64,000 nt of DNA, from contig OZ220741.1 of the NCBI GenBank assembly GCA_965116885.1, forward strand, positions 3,200,001-3,264,000, given 5' to 3'. Numbering within the stretch: position 1 is the stretch's first letter; each line of letters starts with the position of its first letter. The notes under the pieces were generated by a model that did not search any database, was not told the DNA's origin, and was given only the letters and a program-made list of their open reading frames with translations. Source of the DNA: Candidatus Latescibacterota bacterium. Lineage in GTDB: Bacteria; Latescibacterota; UBA2968. This document shows positions 49,576 to 57,501 of the stretch, piece by piece. A program made the translations under genes and the position numbers.

Positions 49576-50955
49576 TCAAATAAATCCAATTATACGCCAG
49601 TATAACAGGGTCAGCGGTAGCAGCGCGATGAGTGTTATCAAAGAAATCAGCGACATTACGAGTACGAATTGGCCCATTCGGGCATAGCGAAAGCTGTACG
49701 CGACAATAAATGGTGCGCCCTGATAGGGGATGAAAACCACGCCTGTGCCAATTGCCAGGCTGAGGGCGATGGATAGGGGCGACAGGCCGAATTGGGGACC
49801 GAGGTCGAGCAGAAAGGGCGCGAGTACGCCGCCAACCGCAGCGGTATCCATTAAGAAATCAAATGGCACTGCCAGACAAGCTATAAGGGCGAGTTGGGCA
49901 ATGGGGGTTTCGACTGTTTGGAGATGGGGTATGAATACGGACGCGAGGGCGCGGTTGAGGCCAGATTGTTCGAGGGCGTGACCAATGGCAAAAACCGCGG
50001 AGATGAATATGAGAAGGGGAAAATTGACTTTTTTGATGGTGTCAAAGGGCAAGGGACCCCAGCCGGGCAGGTAGCAGAGGAGGACGAGGCCCAGGCCGAT
50101 ATAGACCGGGTGAATGCCGTGTATAACATCGGTCGTCCACAGGAGAACACCTGCGATGAGAATACCGAGTACTTTTTTTTCAGGATCGGTCATGTGGGCG
50201 GGAACATCGGCGATAGCGGAATGGCCCGAGAGGTCGGGTTCCCGCGAGGGGCGAAATAGCAAGCGGATAAGGCCGTAGAGCAGGCCAACGCGCAGGAGGC
50301 CAATGATTGGAAAGAGATAATAGGCCCATTCGCTCCAATAGACTGTGATATCGCGCGATTCGAGTACGCCGAGAATGACCAGGTTGGGCACGCCAGCCGT
50401 CAGTATGCCCGTGCCGCTGTAATACGTAGCGCAGGTCAGAGAGAGGACGAGAGCAGCACTGACTTTTGAGTTGGGGGCTTCGCCGAGGGTTTTGAGCAGA
50501 GAGACGACCATCGGCATCAAGATGAGGACGCGCACGACGCCAGAGGGGATCAGCAGTGCCATTGTGAGGCCCAGGATGTGCAGGCCAAATACGAGTTGTC
50601 GATATCCACTCAGGCGACCGAGTACGCTTTGGGCCATTCGCGCTCCCAGCGGTGTTTCGGTAATGCCCAGGCTCAATGCCATTCCGGCAAAGACCAGCCA
50701 GACGGCTTTGCCAGAGAAGCCTTGAAAAGTGGTTTCAAAGGATAGGATTTTGAGAAGCGGAAAGAGTGTGAGGATGAAGATGGCGGTGTAGGATATGGGG
50801 ATGGGTTCAAAGGTCCAAAAAATAACAGTGAGCGCGGTGAGGGCGAGCGCCATGCGAGCAGATATGCCGAGGTCACTGGGGAAGAGAAAAATAAATAGTG
50901 CCAGCGCGGGACCGAGGATGAGGCCAATGATTTGAGATCGGGTCATATTGGTCAT
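49576..50955 (-). CDS. SLC13/DASS family anion permease
   Basis: WTFEPIP, PSGVVR, LTAGVPN, PYQGAP; many TMs. Confidence 0.85.
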   Translation of the reverse strand: MTNMTRSQIIGLILGPALALFIFLFPSDLGISARMALALTALTVIFWTFEPIPISYTAIFILTLFPLLKILSFETTFQGFSGKAVWLVFAGMALSLGITETPLGARMAQSVLGRLSGYRQLVFGLHILGLTMALLIPSGVVRVLILMPMVVSLLKTLGEAPNSKVSAALVLSLTCATYYSGTGILTAGVPNLVILGVLESRDITVYWSEWAYYLFPIIGLLRVGLLYGLIRLLFRPSREPDLSGHSAIADVPAHMTDPEKKVLGILIAGVLLWTTDVIHGIHPVYIGLGLVLLCYLPGWGPLPFDTIKKVNFPLLIFISAVFAIGHALEQSGLNRALASVFIPHLQTVETPIAQLALIACLAVPFDFLMDTAAVGGVLAPFLLDLGPQFGLSPLSIALSLAIGTGVVFIPYQGAPFIVAYSFRYARMGQFVLVMSLISLITLIALLPLTLLYWRIIGFI

Positions 50956-51086
50956 TTATTTTTTGAGATGTGCATGCAAGATAAGAGGGTATGAGGTGAT
51001 GGACAAATGAATTGTGGGCAGATGGATTCGCTATTGATTAAGTACAAGAAATCGCGTAGTTTAGCGCGGAGAAAGGAGATAAGACT

Positions 51087-52256
51087 ATGAATTTTAGAGG
51101 CAAATTGGTTGATACGTCGCAGGTTGTGACCGTGCAAACAGATGGCGAGCAGATCGCGGCTATTCATCGTGGGGAGGCGGGAGATGCGATTGGTGGAGAC
51201 GATGTGTGGATCGCGCCGGCGATTTTTGATGTGCAGGTCAATGGTGTGGGTGGGATCAACTATAAAGCCAAAGATTTGACGGTGGAGAAAATTGTGGAGA
51301 CGGCGGCGTGGATGCACAGGACGGGTACGGGTTTGTGGTGTCCCACGGTGACGACTTCGTCTGAGGAAGATGCGGTTCACGGTCTGGCGCTGTTGGCAAA
51401 GGCATGCGAGGAATCAGAAGTCTCGCGCGCGTCTTTTGTTGGGTTTCACGTTGAGGGACCTTATATCGCGTCTGAAGATGGTCCCCGCGGGGCGCACCCT
51501 CTGGCGCATGTGCGCGATCCAGACTGGGATGAATTTCAGCGGTATCAAGAAGCGGCTGGTGGGCGTATTGCTATTTTTACGCTTGCGCCTGAGAGAGACG
51601 GTGCATTGGAATTTATTGAGAAGGTGGCAGCGACGGGTGTTATTGTTTCAATTGGTCATTCGGGCGCGAGTCCCGAGCGCATTCAGGAGGCGGTTGCTGC
51701 CGGTGCCCAGATGTCAACCCATCTGGGCAATGGCGCGCATGCCGAGTTGCCGCGTCATCCCAATTATATATGGGAACAACTCGCGGCAGATGCGTTGTGG
51801 GCAGGGATTATTCCCGACGGGTTTCACCTGCCGCCTGCGGTGTTGAAGAGTTTTTATCGCGCAAAAGGCAAAGAACGCCTGTGTCTGGTGAGCGATGTGG
51901 CATCTATCGCTGGTTTGCCGCCGGGTATTTACGGCAGCGAGAGCGGGTTGGGACAGAGCGAGTTGCACACCAATGGCAAAATTTCTCTGGCGGGAACGCC
52001 TTATCTGGCGGGTGCGGGTTTGTTTTTGGACAGTGGCATTCCCAATGCCGTGCGGTTTACAGACGCTTCGCTGTCCGATGCCATTGAAATGACGTCGATT
52101 AATCCGGCGCGTTTGTTGGGGATAGAAGATCGCGTGGGGTCTGTGGAAGTCGGCAAAGAGGCGAGTCTATCTCTGTTCCGCTGGGAAGAAGAGCAGGAGA
52201 AATTGGATGTGGTGGCAACGGTGGTGCGGGGGCGGGTTGTTTATCAGGCTGGATAA
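51087..52256 (+). CDS. nagA: N-acetylglucosamine-6-phosphate deacetylase
   Basis: DVQVNG, PT, HVEGPY, RGAH, TLAPE, IGH, THLGNG, DGFH, VSD. Confidence 0.85.
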   Translation: MNFRGKLVDTSQVVTVQTDGEQIAAIHRGEAGDAIGGDDVWIAPAIFDVQVNGVGGINYKAKDLTVEKIVETAAWMHRTGTGLWCPTVTTSSEEDAVHGLALLAKACEESEVSRASFVGFHVEGPYIASEDGPRGAHPLAHVRDPDWDEFQRYQEAAGGRIAIFTLAPERDGALEFIEKVAATGVIVSIGHSGASPERIQEAVAAGAQMSTHLGNGAHAELPRHPNYIWEQLAADALWAGIIPDGFHLPPAVLKSFYRAKGKERLCLVSDVASIAGLPPGIYGSESGLGQSELHTNGKISLAGTPYLAGAGLFLDSGIPNAVRFTDASLSDAIEMTSINPARLLGIEDRVGSVEVGKEASLSLFRWEEEQEKLDVVATVVRGRVVYQAG

Positions 52257-52267
52257 AGGAATGCGAT

Positions 52268-53125
52268 ATGGCGAAGAAAAAGGTTGTTCTAACAGGTGCA
52301 TCGGGCTATGTGGCGGGGCGGATGTTGCCCGCATTGCGCGAGAGGTACGATCTGACGTTGTTGGATGTGAAGACGACCAACCGCGAGGGCGATAAAGTTG
52401 AAGGCGTGCAAGTTGTGGATTTGATAAACCCGGATCGGGATGCATATCGCGCCCATTTTCGAGGTGCTGATGCCGTGGTACACAGCGGGTTTAAGGGGAC
52501 CGTAGATTGGAGTCATACGGATTATTGGAAGGAGTCCGATAATATTCGGATGTGCTACAATGTGTACCAGACGTGTGTCGAAGAAGGTGTGAAACGCATT
52601 GTGGTGATGAGTTCGAATCACGCATGCGATTTTTACGAGCGGTTGATCTGGTCTGACCGATTGGATTTTGCTACGACCGATATGCTGCCCCTGTCCGACA
52701 ATTTTTACGGTTGGGCAAAGTCGTCGTACGAACATCTGGCTTTTGTGTTTGCAACGGGCAATGCGACCAATGGCAAGCGGTTGGAGAGTGTTCACATTCG
52801 CATTGGCGCGCCCCGAGACACCATTATGGAAGGGCAGTCGGCGGATGATTTAAAGCAGTTGCACCGGGAATTGGGCGCGTATTTGAGTGCGCGAGATTTG
52901 TCGCAATTGGTGATCAAGAGTATTGAGACCGAGAATATTGAAGATGAAAATGGGGTGCCGTTTCAGGTGTTTTTTGGCATTAGTGGGAATACGCACCGGT
53001 TCTGGAATATCGACAATGCAAGGCGCGTTGTGGGATACGCGCCAGAGGATGATAGTCAGATTCGGTTTGCGGGGGAGATTGCGGAGATTATTCAAAAGGC
53101 ACAAAGAAGACAGCGAATAATTTGA
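52268..53125 (+). CDS. NAD-dependent epimerase/dehydratase (uronate dehydrogenase-like SDR)
   Basis: TGASGYVA, SSNHA, YGWAK, RIG, GYAPED. Confidence 0.85.
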   Translation: MAKKKVVLTGASGYVAGRMLPALRERYDLTLLDVKTTNREGDKVEGVQVVDLINPDRDAYRAHFRGADAVVHSGFKGTVDWSHTDYWKESDNIRMCYNVYQTCVEEGVKRIVVMSSNHACDFYERLIWSDRLDFATTDMLPLSDNFYGWAKSSYEHLAFVFATGNATNGKRLESVHIRIGAPRDTIMEGQSADDLKQLHRELGAYLSARDLSQLVIKSIETENIEDENGVPFQVFFGISGNTHRFWNIDNARRVVGYAPEDDSQIRFAGEIAEIIQKAQRRQRII

Positions 53126-53132
53126 GCTGTCT

Positions 53133-53247
53133 CACAGATGAACACAGATGAACACCGATAAAGAGGGTACAACGTTGGATAATGATCACTCATTTTCGGA
53201 AGGATAAAGATGTAACCATCTGTGTCTATCGGCGTTTATCTGTGGTT
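53133..53247. repeat. Inverted pair of tandem decamer arrays (REP/MITE-like)
   Basis: CACAGATGAA-CACAGATGAA-CACCGATAAA (53133-53162) and ATCTGTGTCT-ATCGGCGTTT-ATCTGTGGTT (53218-53247). Confidence 0.75.
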
Positions 53248-53262
53248 CCAAAAGGTTTTGTC

Positions 53263-54387
53263 ATGAAAATTACAGGATTTGAGACGATTCCCATTCGGGG
53301 TCGGGCGATGATTTTGAAGATGTTTACGGATGAAGGATTGGTGGGGTATGGCGAGCCGATGAATTACGAGCATTGGCGCGTGGTGGCGCAGGCTGTAGAG
53401 GATATGGCCGAGTACCTGGTGGGGAAAGATCCGCTGAATATTGAGGATCACTGGCAGGCGATGTATCGCTCGAGTTATAGCCGGAGTATGCCGGTGCTGG
53501 TCGGTGCGCTGAGTGGGATTGAGATGGCGATGTGGGATGTGTTTGGCAAGATGGTGGGGTTGCCGGTCTGGAAACTTTTGGGTGGGAAAGTTCGCGATCG
53601 CATTCGCGTGTACACTGGGACGGGTGGGACGACGCCAGAGGAATGTGCGGAGAATGCGAGCCAGAAGGTGGCAGAGGGCTTTCGCGCAGTGAAGATGGGG
53701 GCTTCGCCGAGTCCTGTGCGATTTGTCGATACGCCAGAGAAAATAGATTTTATGGTTTCGCGCGTTGCTGCGGTGCGCGAAGCTGTGGGATATTCGGTCG
53801 ATATTGCAGTGGATTTGCATCGGCGGTTGAGTCCGACGATGGCTGCGATTCTGGTGAAGGAGTTGGAGCCGCTGCGTCCTCTGTTTGCAGAGGAGCCGTG
53901 TCATCCGGAAAATAACGAGGCGTTATTGGCGCTGTCCCGGGGTACAACTGTACCTATTGCCACGGGCGAACGGCATTTGACGCGCTGGGGATTCCGCGAA
54001 CTCATAGAGCGAGAGATGTGCGCGATTTTGCAACCGGATATTCGCCATTGTGGGGGTATGTCGGAATTGAAAAAGATCGCGGGGATGGCAGAGATTCACA
54101 ATATGGCGATTGCGCCGCACAATGCGGCCGGGCCTGTGGGGGTGGCAGCGTCGGTGCATGTGATGGCGACGATTCCAAATTTGTTGATTTGCGAGGGTGG
54201 TCATAACCGTGGTGAAGGCTTGTTTAAGATGCCTCTAATTTTTCGAGATGGTTTTATTGAATTGCCAACTGAGCCGGGTTTGGGTGTGGATATGGACGAT
54301 GATGCGCTCGAGGCTTTGCGCGATGAATCACATCGCCTGCGCGGGATGTTCTGGCATGAAGATGACGGATCTTTTGCGGATTATTAA
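53263..54387 (+). CDS. Galactonate dehydratase-like enolase superfamily protein (second paralog)
   Basis: GYGE, SGIEMAMWDVFGK, DLHRR, AEEP, ATGER, PHN. Confidence 0.85.
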   Translation: MKITGFETIPIRGRAMILKMFTDEGLVGYGEPMNYEHWRVVAQAVEDMAEYLVGKDPLNIEDHWQAMYRSSYSRSMPVLVGALSGIEMAMWDVFGKMVGLPVWKLLGGKVRDRIRVYTGTGGTTPEECAENASQKVAEGFRAVKMGASPSPVRFVDTPEKIDFMVSRVAAVREAVGYSVDIAVDLHRRLSPTMAAILVKELEPLRPLFAEEPCHPENNEALLALSRGTTVPIATGERHLTRWGFRELIEREMCAILQPDIRHCGGMSELKKIAGMAEIHNMAIAPHNAAGPVGVAASVHVMATIPNLLICEGGHNRGEGLFKMPLIFRDGFIELPTEPGLGVDMDDDALEALRDESHRLRGMFWHEDDGSFADY

Positions 54388-54389
54388 TG

Positions 54390-54424
54390 CGAATTAAAAA
54401 TTGAGAATTAGGAATTAAGAATTA
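54390..54424 (+). repeat. Five imperfect tandem heptamers (consensus xGAATTA)
   Basis: cgaatta aaaattg agaatta ggaatta agaatta. Confidence 0.7.
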
Positions 54425-54499
54425 AGGATCGGGAGCGGGGCAGGCTGCACGCCACAGCACCAGCAATCATGAAAATCCCGATTCAGATGGGGGTGTAAG

Positions 54500-55720
54500 T
54501 TGCTTTTCGACTCTCGCTTTTTCTCCGTGTTTATCGGTGTTCATCTGTGGTTGCTTTTGCTGTTTGCAAGCGGTTATGTGGAGGCTATAGAGAGAGTGGC
54601 TCTCAGGCGGGAATACAACGATGTGTCCGCCGCTGTAGATAGTCTCGTGCGGGTGATGCAGGTGGCAGATGCCGAGGTGTTGAAGAAACTGCCGGAAGCG
54701 CGTCCCGATCGCATGCTGCCCGAGGGAATGACGGCTGTGATGATTTTTTGGGCAGATGACGAAGCGCGGGTTTGGCTCAATGATTTTCCCGTGGGTGAGA
54801 CCCGGTTGACACCCGTGGAAGTGACTGTTCCAGATTTGTATTTTCAAGGGCAAAATCGCCTGCGCGTGCGGTGTTGGGATACGGATAGGGTGGAGAGTGG
54901 TTTTTTGGGTGGTTTGTACTTGAAAGATGGTGTTGGAAGGTTGTACCCTATTGTGGTTTCCAATGGGACATGGGAGACCTCAGGAGGACGGGCAACGGAA
55001 ATTATTTATGCCCATCCGATGCCAGATATTCCCGGTGCACAACCGATTTGGGGCATGCGCATGTTTGGATTTGTAGATATGGCTATCACTTTTGACCGGG
55101 GTGCGATTGATCGCGCGCTTGCAAAAAGCGCATCCACAAGGCCAATGGCTGCGCGGCAACAGGCAATGGATTATCACACCTTTGCTCAGCAACTCGCTAT
55201 TTTGCAGGCTCGAAGAGAAAAGTTAAGAGCAGATTTAGCGCGTCAGGGCGACCTGAGCGTGCCGCTTTACAATCGGGAACGCGCCCGTTCTGCATCGCTG
55301 TCACTGGGGAAGGCTGCGCCTTTGACCGAAAAGGTGTCGGCACCGGTGGCAGAAAATGTGCGGTCCTGGTCGGAGAAGTTACCGGCGGTGCAGCAGCAGT
55401 TGATTTATCCAGACCGCCGCGCGTTAAAAGGAGAAGGTGCTGTAACTGCGACCACGGGTGATGCGGTTTCCACTGCGACCGACCGCGGCAGTCGCGAGCA
55501 GGCGTATCGCCCTCCTGAAGAACGCGGTGGGATGAAAAGTGAAACAAAAGATGAGGGTGTCAATGCCCAGGTGCAGCCGCAGGGAATGAGACGCGGTGGT
55601 GGGGGTGGACAATCGAGTCAGGCCACGCGATTGGGATTGTTGTTGCCCACGCTGATAGTGGGAATTTATGTGTTGTATGTGGCCATACGCTGGCAATCGT
55701 TAATGGGAGAAAATGATTGA
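54500..55720 (+). CDS. Hypothetical exported protein: lectin/jelly-roll-like domain, helical and low-complexity linker, C-terminal TM anchor
   Basis: Signal-like N-terminus (LWLLLLFASGYVEA); ADDEARVWLN...NRLRV...GFLGGL...VVSNGTW...IPGAQPIW pattern; terminal TM. Start uncertain. Confidence 0.7.
   Translation: MLFDSRFFSVFIGVHLWLLLLFASGYVEAIERVALRREYNDVSAAVDSLVRVMQVADAEVLKKLPEARPDRMLPEGMTAVMIFWADDEARVWLNDFPVGETRLTPVEVTVPDLYFQGQNRLRVRCWDTDRVESGFLGGLYLKDGVGRLYPIVVSNGTWETSGGRATEIIYAHPMPDIPGAQPIWGMRMFGFVDMAITFDRGAIDRALAKSASTRPMAARQQAMDYHTFAQQLAILQARREKLRADLARQGDLSVPLYNRERARSASLSLGKAAPLTEKVSAPVAENVRSWSEKLPAVQQQLIYPDRRALKGEGAVTATTGDAVSTATDRGSREQAYRPPEERGGMKSETKDEGVNAQVQPQGMRRGGGGGQSSQATRLGLLLPTLIVGIYVLYVAIRWQSLMGEND
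54523..54552. repeat. Lone right arm of the decamer repeat family
   Basis: CTCCGTGTTT-ATCGGTGTTC-ATCTGTGGTT; 54530-54549 is the exact reverse complement of 53143-53162. Confidence 0.75.
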
Positions 55721-56472
55721 TGTACGGATTACACTGGTCTGAATTGTTGTCGTTGGTTCTTTTTTGGGTGGTGTGTGCGATAGCAGGTGCATTGATTTTG
55801 ATGCAACGCTTAAGTGCTACTTGTCGTTACGAAAAACAATTTGGCCTGCCGGAGTCCAATTGGCCTGGTGCGATAATAGGTGGATTGGGCGGTGCTGGCA
55901 TGGCGGGTATTGGTATTTATTTTTATTTTTTTGCGCCAGCAGCCTCGGGTTGGGTCGAGTGGACGGGGCGTTCGGCTTATGTACTCGTTTTGGGCAGTTC
56001 GGCAGCGCATCTGGTCGCGTTTATTCATTTTTGGCGGCGATTGGGGGCAGAAGGTGCGGATACAGGTAATTTGACTGCATTGCGACAGGAACAGGTGGCT
56101 GAATTTCGCCAGAGCCGCGAGAATTATGCGGACTTAAAAGCGCGCGATGACGAGGCAGTAGATGAGTTACTCGCTGTGTTTGGCGAGCGGTTGTTGTCCG
56201 GGCAGCGCGCTTTGAGTCGCATTCCGTTTTATGGGTATTTGGGGACTGTGTGCGGTATTTTGCTGATGGCCGAAGAACTGACCCGACTGGATGAAGCGAC
56301 CGAGACGTTTAAGGTGTTGCGCGATATGGCTGGTGGATTGGTGCTGGCATTTCAGACAACGCTCGTCGCCTTGCTGGCCTATCTGCCGCTTCGAAAGGGC
56401 TATGATATGTTGCTGAATAGGATGTCTGATCTGGAACGCAAATGGTTGGATATGCGCGAAGGGGGGAAATGA
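55717..56472 (+). CDS. Divergent MotA/TolQ/ExbB proton-channel family protein
   Basis: IPFYGYLGTVCGI and GGLVLAFQTTLVALL match the family TM hairpin motifs; three extra N-terminal TMs. Confidence 0.8.
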   Translation: MMYGLHWSELLSLVLFWVVCAIAGALILMQRLSATCRYEKQFGLPESNWPGAIIGGLGGAGMAGIGIYFYFFAPAASGWVEWTGRSAYVLVLGSSAAHLVAFIHFWRRLGAEGADTGNLTALRQEQVAEFRQSRENYADLKARDDEAVDELLAVFGERLLSGQRALSRIPFYGYLGTVCGILLMAEELTRLDEATETFKVLRDMAGGLVLAFQTTLVALLAYLPLRKGYDMLLNRMSDLERKWLDMREGGK

Positions 56473-56897
56473 GCGTGAAGCGACGTTTTTTACAGCGCGC
56501 GGTGGCCGAAGCCGAAGCGCACGATGTGAGCAAAGAGTTGTTTTTGGGTATCATGATGCTGATGCTGTGCCTGGGGATTATGATTTTGAATGTGTCGCAG
56601 CCCGTGTGGCGCGTTTACCACCACGATCCCGAACCAGGAGATGTGGTGATTTTATATACTTCCAGAGGTCTGTCGTTTTCGGAAGATGGGCGATCTGCGA
56701 CACGCAGTTTGGGGCCGAACGAGTTTCGCAAAACAGTAAATGATCTGGTTGCGGAACCCGATCGTAATTTGCATCTGTTTCTGAAGGGGGGCAGCCGAGA
56801 GCGCATGGTGAATGACGCGGCTTATGCGGATTCTCTTTTGTCTGTTGGTACAGCGGGCCAAAAGGTGCGCCCCGCCGTATATGTGCATCTGTGGTAA
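56469..56897 (+). CDS. Small single-TM partner protein (ExbD/TolR/MotB-like topology)
   Basis: ATGA overlap with the channel gene; basic N-terminus, TM preceded by DVSKE, about 100 aa soluble domain. Confidence 0.62.
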   Translation: MSVKRRFLQRAVAEAEAHDVSKELFLGIMMLMLCLGIMILNVSQPVWRVYHHDPEPGDVVILYTSRGLSFSEDGRSATRSLGPNEFRKTVNDLVAEPDRNLHLFLKGGSRERMVNDAAYADSLLSVGTAGQKVRPAVYVHLW

Positions 56898-56920
56898 ATC
56901 GCAATAGTTCAATACTAAAC

Positions 56921-56960
56921 AACAACCCCGGTAGTAGTATCACCGGGGTTGTTTATTTTG
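56921..56960. terminator. Intrinsic terminator, probably bidirectional
   Basis: AACAACCCCGGT-9nt-ACCGGGGTTGTT followed by a T-rich tail. Confidence 0.8.
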
Positions 56961-57500
56961 TTTATCGCGTTCATCTTTGTACTTCCGCATAAAATACTCA
57001 AAAGAAGTATTCTTAGTCGATGCCGTTTTTCGATCAAACAACTTCATGATCTCTTGCATAAAATCTATTCTTGAGTCGAATCTCTCTGGCATCATACGGT
57101 CAAACTGTTCTTTTGAAATACGATCTGTTTTGTTGAAGCGTCGCCGTATTTTAATTTTACGGCGAGAATCATCATTTAGACCTGCGAGATACCAGCTTTC
57201 TATTTCCCGACACACGACCAAAATTCGATCCTCAGATAGCTTCTCAAACTGGGATGTAATCCGCTCTTTCCTATCTGTTACACACGGAGAATCGTCCATG
57301 TCCGCTACAAAAATATAATCGGCGTGCGGTATAGAATTGATACTATTCAGAAAACCATTTACTTTTTTTAATTTTTGCTGACTATACTTCCAATGCTGAA
57401 CATAATCATAAATATGTTCATATATGGGTCTGATTAAGTGATCAAAGAATCGCTCATCGTCGTCTCCTTCTACGAGAATAAAGAGCCTCCGATACGCCAA
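56940..57500 (-). CDS. TOPRIM-like protein (DUF4276/DUF4435/RloB-like)
   Basis: LVEGDDD, ADMD, REIESWYLAG; GGAGG RBS before TTG 57500. Confidence 0.75.
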   Translation of the reverse strand: MAYRRLFILVEGDDDERFFDHLIRPIYEHIYDYVQHWKYSQQKLKKVNGFLNSINSIPHADYIFVADMDDSPCVTDRKERITSQFEKLSEDRILVVCREIESWYLAGLNDDSRRKIKIRRRFNKTDRISKEQFDRMMPERFDSRIDFMQEIMKLFDRKTASTKNTSFEYFMRKYKDERDKQNKQPR

Positions 57501-57501
57501 T

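Noticed and set aside
53133..53247. Possible mini CRISPR array
   Set aside because: Units are contiguous 10-mers in inverted orientation with no unique spacers and no cas genes.
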